A DNA stretch of 64,000 nt, from assembly GCA_964016885.1 (NCBI GenBank), contig OZ024761.1, forward strand, positions 23,064,001 to 23,128,000. The letters run 5' to 3'. The notes under the pieces are model-generated. The model saw only the letters and a program-made list of their open reading frames with translations, was not told where the DNA came from and made no database searches. Made by a program: the position numbers and the translations under genes. Numbering within the stretch: the first letter of the stretch is position 1; each line of letters starts with the position of its first letter. Positions 1 through 14,704 of the stretch are shown piece by piece. Source of the stretch: Eledone cirrhosa (taxonomy: Eukaryota).

Positions 1-81
1 ATATATATATATATATTTATTTATATATTTACATATAAATTTATTTATATATGTATATATATATATGTGTATATATATGTG

Positions 82-137
<56 letters not shown>

Positions 138-229
138 TTATATATTTACATATAAATTTATTTATATATGTATATATATATATGTGTATATATATGTGTA
201 TGTATATATATATATATACATATATACAT

Positions 230-294
<65 letters not shown>

Positions 295-659
295 TATACA
301 CACACATATATATATATGTGTGTGTGTAACAAAATGTCTTCCAGTGCAACATATGCAAATGACAGATGCCAAGATAATTACCCACTCTTGGCAATTATTT
401 CATTGGTGACAGGGGGTTGTTGTTGTTGTTGTTGTTGTTGTTGTGGTGGTGGTGGTGGTGGTGGTGACCGTCGTTGCTCATCAGCATCATTATAGTGATC
501 ATTATCATCACCCTCATCATCGTTGTCTTCTTTTTGGTGGTGGTTGTTGTTGTTGCTATTTTTGATGTCATTGTTGTAGTTGTTGTTGTTGTTGTTGTTG
601 TTATTAAAGTTTCAGGGTTTAGTGTGTCTGGCTTCATCATCATCATCATCATCTTCATC

Positions 660-870
660 CTTCATCATCACCGTTTTACACTCATTTGTTCCATGCTAGC
701 ATGGGTTAGACGGGTTGTCCTGTTGTTGTGGGCAATGCTAGATCAGGTGACATTGTCTTGCTCATACAGGAACTGATTCTGGCTTGATTTCTACAGCTGG
801 ATGCCCTTCCTAACACCAACCTCATTTACAGTGAGTGCTGGGTGCTTCTTTTCCGTGGCGACTACACGTC
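660..870 (-). mobile_element. tRNA-derived SINE family A, 3' part
   Basis: Reverse complement of the 3' portion of the SINE at 25829-26210 (gctggatgcccttcctaacaccaacctcatttacagtgagtgctgggtgc); ends in a (CAT)n tail. Confidence 0.75.
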
Positions 871-1987
871 CACTTTACAGTGTGGACTGGGTGTTTTTTG
901 TTGTGACACCTCCATGAACACTTTACAGTGTGGACTGGGTGTTTTTTGTTGTGACACCTCCATGAACACTTTACAGTGTGGACTGGGTGTTTTTTGTTGT
1001 GACACCTACATGAACACTTTACAGTGTGGACTGGGTGTTTTTTGTTGTGACACCTACATGAACACTTTACAGTGTGGACTGGGTGTTTTTTGTTGTGACA
1101 CCTACATGACTACTTTACAGTGTGGACTGGGTGTTTTTTGTTGTGACACCTCCATGACTACTTTACAGTGTGGACTGGGTGTTTTTTGTTGTGACACCTC
1201 CATGACTACTTTACAGTGTGGACTGGGTGTTTTTTGTTGTGACACCTCCATGACTACTTTACAGTGTGGACTGGGTGTTTTTTGTTGTGACACCTCCATG
1301 AACACTTTACAGTGTGGACTGGGTGTTTTTTGTTGTGACACCCACATGAACACTTTACAGTGTGGACTGGGTGTTTTTTGTTGTGACACCTCCATGAACA
1401 CTTTACAGTGTGAACTGGGTGTTTTTTGTTGTGACACCTCCATGACTACTTTACAGTGTGGACTGGGTGTTTTTTGTTGTGACACCTCCATGACTACTTT
1501 ACAGTGTGGACTGGGTGTTTTTTGTTGTGACACCTCCATGACTACTTTACAGTGTGGACTGGGTGTTTTTTGTTGTGACACCTCCATGAACACTTTACAG
1601 TGAGGACTGGGTGTTTTTTGTTGTGACACCTACATGAACACTTTACAGTGAGGACTGGGTGTTTTTTGTTGTGACACCTACATGAACACTTTACAGTGTG
1701 GACTGAGTGTTTTTTGTTGTGACACTTCCATGAACACTTTACAGTGTGGACTGGGTGTTTTTTGTTGTGACACCTACATGAACACTTTACAGTGAGGACT
1801 GGGTGTTTTTTGTTGTGACACCTACATGAACACTTTACAGTGTGGACTGGGTGTTTTTTGTTGTGACACCTCCATGACTACTTAACAGAGTGGACTGGGT
1901 GTTTTTTGTTGTGACACCTCCATGACTACTTTACAGTGTGGACTGGGTGTTTTTTGTTGTGACACCTACATGAACACTTTACAGTGT
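871..1987. repeat. 48-bp minisatellite (~23 copies) expanded from SINE sequence
   Basis: Unit cactttacagtgtggactgggtgttttttgttgtgacacctccatgaa; resembles the adjacent SINE segment catttacagtgagtgctgggtgc. Confidence 0.9.
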
Positions 1988-3680
1988 TTTTGTCCTGATA
2001 TTTTCGTATTCTGATGAGTTGGTCAGAGGTAAATAATGTAATGGAGATCGAGTGACACAACTTCAAGTGATTAGTGGCCTCTAGACTCACCCGATTAATG
2101 AAACAATTGTCAATACCTGAAATAAAGCCCCTTGTTGTACAGCCAACCATGTTACTCTTCATTCTTTCACTATATATCAGTTCTGTTTTGGAAGGCACTA
2201 CAATGTAGGTTGACTAGTGGTTATTATAGCAATAAAATCGTGTGAAGAAACAGAGAAGTGAGGTGTGGAGATGAAATCAGAAAAATGATAACCGGGGGGT
2301 TAGGAAAATGAAAAGAATAAGAAATAAGGTTCCCATGGGAATATTTATTAGGCCATTCAGACCCTTTGATAATGGATGCCATATCCGAAATATAGGGACT
2401 AATAAATATTTTCCAAGGTCCCATTATCTTTTATTCTTTTGTTTCGCCATCTCCTGTTTGTTTTCTTTGTCTTTTCCTCTCAGTTTCCCCTATCTCTATT
2501 TCTTCACCTAATTCTGTTGCCTTAATATTTACAAGCACCCACCTTGCATTGTAATGGCTTCCAAAGCAGATCCGATTTTGTCATTCCCACAATGCTTCAA
2601 GCAAACTGAAACCCTCTCTTTTATATATTATTAATAGCAAGGAAGAATGAGATGATATCAAAGAGTTTTTTTTTTACTTTGACTCAATTAAATCATTCTT
2701 AGCTGTAAGGGATTGCACATACACACACACACATGCACACACATATGACAAACACACACACTCTCTCTCTCTCCCTCTCTATCTCTCTCTCACTCTATCT
2801 CACACACACACATACACATGATAAATACACACACCAACATACACTCTCAAATTCACATGCAAACACTCATATACTTACAGATACACACTCACACAAACAC
2901 CAAACACACACACTCACTCTTTCACTTTCACACACACAAACACACACATACTCATACACACTCACACAAACACACTCACACATACACATTCCCTCTCACT
3001 CTTTCACACACACATACAGACACATGCTCATACACACTCAAACATACCCACTCTTGCTCTTTCACACACATACACAAACAGACACACATATACAAACACA
3101 CAGAAATACACATACACTCACACATACACACCCATTCTTGCTCTTTGACACACACACACACACACACACACACTTTTACTCACTCTTTCACACAGACACA
3201 CACAAACACACACACACACTTTCACTCACTCTTTCACACACACACAAACACACACTTTCACTCACTCTTTCACACACACACACAAACACAGACACACACA
3301 TACACTTTCACTCACTCTTTCACACATACAAACACAGACACACACACAAACACACATACATGGTTATCTCTATATGCACTAAGCATAGTTTAGGGTTTGG
3401 GGAAAGAAAAAAAAATCTCCATCATCTTTAATATTTTAGGGGTTACAGTGAATAATGTAAAAATTCACCCGAGGAAAAATAGTGGGCTTCGCAAGTGCGC
3501 TTTCATATGTTATGTGTTATGAATCGCCATTCAGGCTATTTAGAAAAAAGTGTTTCAAAGAAGATATATTCTATTCTATTAACACAGTGAATAGATACCA
3601 TACCATACCATACCTTATAGTATCACACCATAGCATAACATATCTTACTACACATTTGTTGCTTTTCATTTTTTTGTTTG

Positions 3681-3723
<43 letters not shown>

Positions 3724-3884
3724 ATATATACATATATATATGTATATATATATATACATATATGTGTGTGTATATATATGTGTGTGTATATATATATATA
3801 TACGTGTGTGTGTGCGTGTGTGTATATATACACACACACACGCACACACACACATACACATATATATATATATATATACATATT

Positions 3885-3952
<68 letters not shown>

Positions 3953-4058
3953 CATATTTATATATATATATTTATATAAGGATTAAAATACTGGAGTGTG
4001 TTGGAGTTAAACACCCTCTTCGTATTATAGAAATGATATTATTTTCATAATATATATT

Positions 4059-4138
<80 letters not shown>

Positions 4139-4171
4139 TATACACATATATATATATACACACACATATAT

Positions 4172-4202
<31 letters not shown>

Positions 4203-4209
4203 CATATAT

Positions 4210-4279
<70 letters not shown>

Positions 4280-4352
4280 TGCATATATTTATACTTACAG
4301 ACTAGTTACTTATATATTTATATATTCATATATATATATATTCATACATGTA

Positions 4353-4410
<58 letters not shown>

Positions 4411-4695
4411 CGTTTGTTATTAACTTTTTTCAGTACATTTTCTTGTCTTTGACTCATTAGGAATCTATTCAGTAACTAACCATTCTGTATTCTGTTATTC
4501 TGTATTCTACTATTCTGTAGACATTCTGCTATTCTCTTTTATTATTCATTTAATACACCAGAGGTTTTAAAGCAATTTCCTGGCTCTGTTAACTAGCATT
4601 CCTATTGGTGGGTATATATGATATATGATGTATGATATATGATGTATGATGTATGTATATCTCTCTCCCTATATATATATTTATCTTTGTATATA

Positions 4696-4737
<42 letters not shown>

Positions 4738-5356
4738 TATATATATGAATATATACATGTATATGTATATATATATATGTATATATATATATGTATATAT
4801 ATATGTATATGTATATATATGTTTATATATATATATGTATATATAAGTATATGTATATATATGTTTATATATATATGTATATATATGTATATGTATATAT
4901 ATGTTTATATATATATATGTATATATATGTATATGTATATATATGTATATATATATGTATATATATGTATATGTATATATATGTATATATATGTTTATAT
5001 ATGTTTATATATGTTTATATATATATATATGTATATATTTGTATATGTATATATATGTATATATTTGTATATGTATATATATGTATATATATATGTTTAT
5101 ATATATATATGTATATATATATGTATATATACCTATAAATATATATTTATATGTATATATATATATATGTATATATATGTTTATATATATATACATATAG
5201 ATATATATTTATATGTATATATATATATATGTATATATATGTTTATATATATATACATATAAATATATATTTATATGTATATATATATATATGTATATAT
5301 ATGTTTATATATATATATATATACATATAAATATATATATATATATGTACATAGAC

Positions 5357-5389
<33 letters not shown>

Positions 5390-5664
5390 CACATACATAC
5401 ATACAAATGTTATGATTAGCTTTGTCATATTGAATCTCCCTGAGAATTATGATAAAGATATGATATACTATGCTAATTGAGCAACAGGGGAGAATCCCCT
5501 ATGCCACAGATGAGGGCTCTTCCTTCACACACTTCACCACCTCCTCCTTCCCCTCCTACATAAAGCCATACCTGTCCCTTTTTACTATATAATTGGGCTC
5601 TGTCTTGAAATGTTAGTAAATGTGAACCCATCATTTACTCAGATTTGACAGATGATATATATAT

Positions 5665-5711
<47 letters not shown>

Positions 5712-5718
5712 TATATAC

Positions 5719-5771
<53 letters not shown>

Positions 5772-6539
5772 TATATACACACATATATATATATATATGT
5801 GTGTGTGTATATGTATGTGTATATATGTATATATTATAAGCATGTACATATATGACATATATATATATATATATATATAGAGAGAGGGAGAGAGAGAGAG
5901 AGAGAGAGTGAGATGGGGTTGCCTATCCTCTTCTCTTTTCTTTTTTTCTAAATAAAGAAGTTCTATTGTGAAACCTTAGAAACTAGAAATCTAGGTTTGG
6001 AAAGATTTTAACCACACCTCACTAAAGATAATGTACATGTGTTCACAAACACTTAAATATAAATTACCTAACCTAACCAAAATTGTTATTAGTGAATATA
6101 ATATAATATTTTAATAATATATTAATATATATTCGTGTCCTCTTTAAACATCCTTTTGTGTTCTTCCTGAATATTTCCTTTGTTTGTGTCTGCTTCTCAC
6201 ATAAGAAGCTTCCTTGAATATCTATCTACCTGTCTGACTCTCTTTCTCTCTCTATCCCCCCCTCTCTCTCTCTCTCTCCCTCTCTCTCCTTTATAAATTA
6301 TTTATATGAAGTCTACATTAGTTATGTCAACTAAATGGTTCATAGATTTGAGACCAGAATGTTAGGAAACTTTAAATAAAACACCCACACATTGGGTAAC
6401 TTCTAGAAACAATCACGTGTGTCATTAAGTTGATATGTGACACCAATGGATAACTATTATAATATATATACGGGGTCGATAAAATAAAGTACCAGTAATG
6501 CACTGGGTAATTGCTGGCCTTGTGCCTAACGTAGAAACA

Positions 6540-6625
<86 letters not shown>

Positions 6626-6781
6626 ATATATATACAATTTGCATATACAAAATATATATATACATTTGCATATTCACACATAAGTTTGAATAATCCCTAA
6701 TATATTTCCACTATCCAGTGAATTTCCAACCGATGAGGTATGATTTTCATGGGTATGTCTCTATTTATAAAACAAACTTTG

Positions 6782-6845
6782 TATTTTATCTGATGAAAGC
6801 GTACCAATGTTGTCTTGGTATCCTTGAAATATATTTAATAAAATA
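6782..6845 (+). ncRNA. Minimal type I hammerhead ribozyme-like motif, family A
   Basis: tattttat-CTGATGA-aagc-gtaccaa/ttggtat-cctt-GAA-ATATATTT-A-ataaaata; 8-bp stem I; stem III palindrome imperfect. Confidence 0.65.
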
Positions 6846-7014
6846 AATATGGTTTTATAAATATAGTTTCCATTTATTTAATATCATTGAATATTTACCT
6901 CAGTAACTTGTTCAGTGTTCTAAATCAGTTATAAACATTTATATTTGTTGGACTTCCAACAAATTAAATACCCCTTCTACTTATATATATATATGGATAG
7001 CTATTATAATATAT

Positions 7015-7054
<40 letters not shown>

Positions 7055-7151
7055 TAGATAGATATATGGATAGCTATTATAATATATACAATATATATAA
7101 TATATAATATATATATATATATAGTTATATGGATAGCTATTATAAAATATC

Positions 7152-7332
7152 ATTGTTTCTACTTTTGGCACAAGGCCAGCAATTAACCAGTACATTACTG
7201 GTACTTTATTTTATCGACCCCGTAAGCATGAAAGGCAAAGTCAACCTCGGCGGGATTTGAACTCAAAGGGACGTAACCATACTGGAAAGCATGGCGTCCG
7301 ACTCTCTACCGATACTGCCAATCCACCGCCCT
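7152..7332 (-). mobile_element. Nin/Deu-domain tRNA-derived SINE (family B)
   Basis: Pol III-like head (ggcggtggattggcag...gagttcaaatccc) plus Nin/Deu-like core gcctttcat..cttacggggtcgataaaataaagtacc; partial copies at ~6470-6545, 17878-17960, 24290-24565, 28675-28885 and 31511-31770. Confidence 0.75.
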
Positions 7333-7415
7333 AGCTATTATAAAATATCATGCTAGCATGGAAGATGATGATGATCTATATGTTGTATCCACCCATAGCA
7401 TAGGGTTTTATATAC

Positions 7416-7447
<32 letters not shown>

Positions 7448-8226
7448 TTAAATCACATTTACTGTTCACAACTCTACATTATTTGACGTGTGACGGTGTG
7501 TGTGGAAGCAAATGACGGGAGAGTCCCTGATAAATTATATATAAGAAGTTCACATTTGTTATGACACTTTAATAGTTCTTATATCGAGACCGTAATGGCA
7601 GAATATTTCATAAAACACCCTTATATTGTGGACCTTTCAAAAACGCCCCCGCATGTGTCACTAAGTGTGATTTATGAAACCAATGAATATAATAGCAATC
7701 AATATGTTGTACCCACGATTTATCACAGGATTTCATATTCAAACAAAAGAAGGAAAGAAATTATATTTACTGTTCCCAACTCTGTAGGTTTTGGCAGGCG
7801 GGGTGAAGTGCAAAGGATGGAAGAGTTTTTGATTATTTAGATATACGATGAACACATTAAGTATGCCATTTTAATGGTTCATACATGGAGACTGTAATTT
7901 GCATGTCACAACTCCAGAGAGTTTGAAAGACCCCTATGAGGTTGTATCTCATAAGCACAGTCAGCTGAAAGAAAAAAAAAAAAAAATTTGAAATGATAAA
8001 ATGAAATGTAATGAGATTTAAACCATACGCTTACATAGGTTTAGCTGACCTGTTGCTTGGTTGCATCTCATGGGAGATTTCTTGGGAAAGTTTATGATAA
8101 GGAAACTAACCTGAACATGTTGCTGATCTTACAGCTCACACCTATCGATGTTTAGTTGGTCTCCCACCAGGTTGCAGCACATAGATGTTTTCTTGGATGT
8201 TTTAATGATAGGGTTGCCAGGTTTAA

Positions 8227-8650
8227 CTCTTTAGCATTTACATTATATTTACTATTATATTTTCATGGTAAAGGCTTTACCTCACATAATTATCTCACAT
8301 AATATCGAATGAGATTTTGAAAGTATTTATTTTGGGAACAATACCTTAACATCAGTTTGAGTAGCCGGTTACAGCCAGTTTGAACAGAAAGAGGTGAAAG
8401 AATTCTGACCAGATATGGCTGGTTTAAATGCTAAAGGGTTAACCCTTTAGCATTTACATTACTCTATATATACTATTATATTTTCATGGTAAAGGTTTTA
8501 CCTCACATAATATCGAATCTATGAGATTTTGAAATAACTCATTTTGGGAACAATACCTTAACATCAGTTTGAGTAGCCGGTTACAGCCAGTTTGAACAGA
8601 AAGAGGTGAGAGAATTCTGGCTGGTTTTGGCCGGTTTGAACACTAAATGG
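8227..8650. mobile_element. Tandem dimer of a piggyBac-type MITE (~210 bp each)
   Basis: TTAA at 8223, 8439 and 8651; termini c(c/t)ctttagcattta ... taaatgctaaaggg; the two internal halves are near-duplicates. Confidence 0.75.
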
Positions 8651-9147
8651 TTAAGCATGTTTCTGTTACAACTCAGTAATTTGTGTTCTGTTTAGCTGCT
8701 CAGGTAGGCCGGAACATCTCAAGTGAGGTTTCTCAAGTATTTTGGTGATAGGGGCCTCCCCCCCCCCTCTGCCTTCTCATGTCGTTACAGTTCTGATGAT
8801 GACGACGACGATGATGATGATGATGATGATTGTTGGGGATATGGTAATGATGATTGTGATGATGATAATGGTGATGATGATGATGGTGGTGATGATGGTG
8901 AGGTTGATGAAGTTGTGGATGGCTATGGTGATGATGATGATGATGGCTTTGATGATGATGATGATGGCTTTGGTGATGATGATGATGGCGATTATGATCG
9001 TAATAGCAATGGTGGTAATGATGATGATGATGATGGTTAATATGGTGATGATGATGATGGTTAATATGGTGATGATGATGATGATAATTGATTACGATCT
9101 TGTTTTAACTATTTGAAGATAATTTCTGTATTCTGTATTCGCAAAGC

Positions 9148-9890
9148 CATCATCATCATCATCATCCCCATATTAATCACCATCATCATCATCATCATCA
9201 TCCCCATATTAATCACCATCATCATCATCATCATCATCATCATTCCCATATTAATCACCATCATCATCACCATCATCATCACCATATTAATCACCATCAT
9301 CATCATCATCATCATCCCCATATTAATCACCATCATCATCATCATCATCATCCCCATATTAATCACCATCATCATCATCATCATCATCCCCATATTAATC
9401 ACCATCATCATCATCATCATCATCATCATTCCCATATTAATCACCATCATCATCACCATCATCATCACCATATTAATCACCATCATCATCATCATCATCA
9501 TCCCCATATTAATCACCATCATCATCATCATCATCATCCCCATATTAATCACCATCATCATCATCATCATCATCCCCATATTAATCACCATCATCATCAT
9601 CATCATCATCCCCATATTAATCACCATCATCATCATCATCATCACCATATTAATCACCATCCCCATATTAATCACCATCATCATCATCATCATCATTCCC
9701 ATATTAATCACCATCATCACCATCATCATCACCATATTAATCACCATCATCATCATCACCATCATCACCATCATCCCCATATTAATCACCATCATCATCA
9801 CCATCATCATCATATTAATCACCATCATCATCATCATCACCATCATCACCATATTAATCACCATCATCATCATCACCATCATCACTAACA
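9148..9890. repeat. Compound (CAT)n minisatellite with ccccatattaatcac spacers
   Basis: Direct reading. Confidence 0.9.
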
Positions 9891-10162
9891 CCACAACTAT
9901 CATCATCATCATCATTAACACCTCAACCATCCCAATCATCATTAACACCACCACCACCACCACCACCACCACCACCACCACCACTACTACTGCTGCTGCT
10001 GCGGCTATGGTGCTGCTGCTGCTGCTGTTGTTACTATTGATGATAATGATGATGATGATGATAATAATAAAAGATAAAAATCTTCATATTTTGAAAGAAA
10101 TTGTACAAATAATATTTGTATTATTGCAATGAATATATATATATATATATATACATATATAC

Positions 10163-10275
<113 letters not shown>

Positions 10276-10449
10276 TATATGTATATATATATATATATGT
10301 AGGAGGTGAGTTTTATTGTAGTACAATAAAGCAATGCAGATATCGGATAAGAAGCACTCTACAGTTTGTAGGACTGGAGTATAAATAATATATAAGATCA
10401 AAAGATGGTTAAAAGAACATGGAACTCTTTTAACCATCTTTTGATCTTA

Positions 10450-10529
<80 letters not shown>

Positions 10530-10657
10530 GTATCCACAGTAAGTTGTGGGGGTCTATTCTGCATGAAGAACTCAATCTAATCCATATGTTGAAAATGTCG
10601 TAGGTTAAGATAAATCCCGGAAAACAATTAAACATTAAAAGGAAAACAGAGTCATGA

Positions 10658-11025
10658 TATAAGTTAAAACAATGAAATAAAAAAATCAAGTCATTAGAGA
10701 TATACTTCACTACTTTACGATCGTTTCTAGGTGATGATAATACATTGTAGCTATACTTCGTTATTGATTTATGTAAGGTTAGTTACAAAATATCAGATAA
10801 AGATCACCAGCTGTTTTCAAAAGCAAGGATTGCAATCCTTGTTTTGAAAACAGCTGGTGATATGCATGTAAGTAAATATTCTCTTTATCTGATATTTTGT
10901 AACTAACCTTACATAGATCAATAACGAAGTATAGCTACAATGTATTATCATCACCTAGAAACGATCGTAAAGTAGTGAAGTATATCTCTAATGACTTGAT
11001 TTTTTTATTTCATTGTTTTAACTTA
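10658..11025. repeat. Near-perfect ~145-bp-arm inverted repeat with a central hairpin
   Basis: 10658-10803 is the reverse complement of ~10882-11025; internal hairpin atcaccagctgttttcaaaa..caaggattg/caatccttg..ttttgaaaacagctggtgat. Confidence 0.9.
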
Positions 11026-11882
11026 TATATATATATATATGTATGTGTATGTATGTATATGTGTGCATGTGTGTATATATATATGTGTGTATGTATGTAT
11101 GTATATGTGTGCATGTGTGTATATATATATGTGTGTATGTATGTATGTATATGTGTGCATGTGTATATATATATATATATATGTATATGTATGCATGTAT
11201 ATATATATGTGTATATGTATGTATATATATATGTGTATCTGTATATATATATATATATACGTATATGTATGCATAGAGAGGGAGCAAGAAAACTATATAT
11301 ATATATATATATATGTATAAGCACGCGTGTGTGTATACGTACGCACGTGGGTGTATATGTGTAAACATGAAAAAATGAAAATAGCTGACAGAATATAGAA
11401 ATATTTTGGAAATTGAAAAAAAAACCGCATAGCTGTCAAAATAAAAACAAAAATAAAAATATAAATATAAATAACAGTTTTCGAAAAAGTATTAGAAAAA
11501 AAATATATATACGCTTAGCGAAAGATAAAGCGCCATTTTCTTTATCACTAAATCAAATATCTGGTATATATTGTATATATTATAGTATTTGCATATTATT
11601 ACAGTAGGCTGCCATTTTCACACTACTCAAAAAACAATCATATTATTAACAAAAATAAAATGAATATAGATAAGATTATGAAAATGCGTATATATGTATG
11701 TATATATATGTATGTATGTATGTATGTGTGTATATATGTATGTATATGTATCATTTTTTCATTTCATTTTACGTCCGATTTTCCCTGCTTGCAAGGGTAT
11801 ATGTGTATATGTATGTGTATATATATATATATATATATATGTACATTTGTATATATATGTCTGTGTGTATATACATATATAC

Positions 11883-11924
<42 letters not shown>

Positions 11925-12143
11925 GTGTTTATATGTATATAAAATAATTTTAAACGATGAATCAATATGAAAAAAGGTCAAGGTGAAGTAGCTAATTAAT
12001 CTTTGTATATTAATATATATATATATATATTATATGTGTATATATGTATATATATATATATATTATATATATTATATGTATATATATGTATATATATATA
12101 TTATATATATATGTATATATATATATGTATATATATATATAAA

Positions 12144-12176
<33 letters not shown>

Positions 12177-12182
12177 TATAAA

Positions 12183-12215
<33 letters not shown>

Positions 12216-12341
12216 AAATATATATATGTATATATATATATATACACACACACATGTACATAAGATATATATATATATATATGCATACTCACACAGACGC
12301 ACATTCCAGCATATTTATATATATATATATATATATATACA

Positions 12342-12398
<57 letters not shown>

Positions 12399-12468
12399 TT
12401 GCATATATACAAGCAGGGAAAAAGCGGACGTAAAATGAAATGATGATGATATATATATATATATATAC

Positions 12469-12500
<32 letters not shown>

Positions 12501-12971
12501 ACATATATATATACACACACACACACACACATACATACATACATACATACATACACACACATATATACACACACACATATACATACATACATATATACAT
12601 ATCTGTGTGTTTGTTTTTGTACATGAGTATATATGAGTGTTGTGTGTATATATGTCTGTTGCTGTCTATTTCATTTTCTACATCTGGAAATTTTTTCAAT
12701 CTGGTGGCAATTACAGATATTTAGTCGCTGGCAGATGACAAACATAATAACCCTTTTTACAGGGTATCTGTCATGGAGTTTTCTTCCTTTGTATTTAAAA
12801 GGAAGGAGGATTGGCCTGTCATTTAAATAGCATTAAATTCTAAGGATGTACTGGGACCCCTTGCACATGAAGCGATATATTAAATAGCAGCCAGTTGGAC
12901 CAATCGATTGAACAGCTAAACCTTCCCAAGGGGTGTTCTTGATTGTAAAGTCTATCCTTGATTCGTGCAAA

Positions 12972-13003
<32 letters not shown>

Positions 13004-13035
13004 AATATGTATATTCGTATATATATTTGTATATA

Positions 13036-13080
<45 letters not shown>

Positions 13081-13270
13081 AAACTGTTTGATCCCGACGG
13101 CAGAGCTCAAGCTATATTCATCATCATTATCATCACCGTTTTACGTCCATTCTTCCACCCTAGCATGGGTTAATATATATATATATATATATTATTTTAT
13201 TTATAATAAATTGGAGTGAAAGCAACTGGTGCGTGTGTTTCTTATTGGCAACATGACCCTCCCAAAGTAT

Positions 13271-13334
<64 letters not shown>

Positions 13335-13365
13335 GCGTATATATATATATATATGTGTATATATA

Positions 13366-13566
13366 ACGAAGGAAATGTGGTAAGGAACCAAGTGGACCAT
13401 AACGCACCAAAGTACTCAATACTTAGGGTAGTAGAGTGGGTAATAGGAACGAGTAGGACCTCGACGGCTGAGCTCAAGCCGTTTCGACGGCTAATTCTGG
13501 ACTAAAAAAATAAAAAAAATTTTTTTTTTTTATAGTCCAGAATTAGCCGTCGGGGTCCTACTCGTT

Positions 13567-13570
<4 letters not shown>
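13366..13570. mobile_element. TA-embedded fold-back element, 'gacggc' family
   Basis: aacgaagg..gtggtaaggaacca..tggaccataacgcacca..gtactcaatacttagggtag..gacggc..gagctcaagccgtttcgacggcta followed by an inverted duplication; further copies at 17105-17297, 57622-57820, 58213-58322 and fragments at 13078 and 23935. Confidence 0.75.
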
Positions 13571-13607
<37 letters not shown>

Positions 13608-13793
13608 TTGTATATATATACTTATATATAAATATATATACTGCTAGTGTAACTTGGAGTTACTGTAGGTTCACCCGGGTGAGCACTCGATGTCTAGGTT
13701 CACTCCAGTGTCGAGGTGTAGAGCTAGACAGAGTGTATTATAGTGAAAATGTAACAAGGACGATTGGTTAGTCCTTCATTACATTTATTGGTT

Positions 13794-13880
13794 GGTGACG
13801 CGCGTTTCGCCACTGATCAGCTCAAGGTTCGATCTGTATCGATCTGAACTGACTCTGTAATCCGCGGCTCGTCAGATCCC
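13794..13880 (-). ncRNA. Hammerhead ribozyme-like motif with extended stem II (Penelope type)
   Basis: Minus strand CTGACGA-GCCGC...GTGGC-GAA-ACGCGCGT-C; palindromic stem III; GUC site; stem I weak. Confidence 0.7.
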
Positions 13881-14249
13881 TTGAAATGTTAATGGAAGAA
13901 TGAATACATGCTGTATGATAAAGTCAGAACTTCATATGTTGGTCAATAAAGTTTGTTTTGATTGGTGGATTAGTTCATAGGGATGTTTTTGCCTGTAGTG
14001 TATGTTCGGGTTGGGTGTGGTGATAAGTTGGTGGTGTCGATCGCAGGTTGAAGTGGGAGGTGGTGTGGGGGTGCTGGCTATCGGTAGACAGTTTGGTATG
14101 TAGAAGTGGGCTGATTTTTGGGTGATGTTGTTTGTTGATAAAGATGAAAGGTTGCGGTGTTTATGGTGGTGTGATGATTGTGTTCGTGGTTTCATTTCCA
14201 TAAGGAGATACATACATAGACACACTAAGTCTGACAAATAAGTTGTATA

Positions 14250-14389
<140 letters not shown>

Positions 14390-14419
14390 CCCAGTGGGGA
14401 TGGCGCTGGTACAGACATG

Positions 14420-14590
14420 TCTACAGACCAACAATTTCATTAGAAGGATCCGCTCGAGGGCCTACCACTACAACAACAAGGGGTGCCCCAGGATCCGACG
14501 ACAATTCCACCAACCACCTGAAAAGAATATTCAAATCGAGGAAAAACCCACCGCACAACCCGCTCCTAGAGAAGTTTGAAGACAGGTCTG
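14420..14590 (+). pseudogene. Decayed fragment resembling the N-terminus of a Penelope-like element ORF
   Basis: Frameshifted QTNNFIRRIRSRAYHY ... IFKSRKNPPHNPLLEKFEDR resembles the recalled PLE pattern FIxRMRWKAxFF ... FKSxKxPPxxxxLxxFExDL. Confidence 0.45.
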
Positions 14591-14704
14591 GAGTATTAAA
14601 TTTAGAAAACCTCCGCGAAATCCTGACAGAAGTACATTCCTGTCTGAGCTCGCATCCACCGTACAGAATGTCAGGAAAAGCCCTGGCATCATTCTACCAT
14701 TTAG

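Noticed and set aside
842-1629. Cys-rich repeat protein ORF
   Set aside because: Translation of the 48-bp SINE-derived minisatellite
7595-7840. 81-aa non-repetitive ORF
   Set aside because: No recognisable motif or exon boundaries
8723-9040. Asp/Gly-rich acidic ORF
   Set aside because: Derived from a (GAT)n microsatellite; no splice or start support
10737-10755. 18-nt match (ataatacattgtagctat) to a variant of the 36-bp satellite unit
   Set aside because: Short, AT-rich, and with no flanking similarity; may be chance
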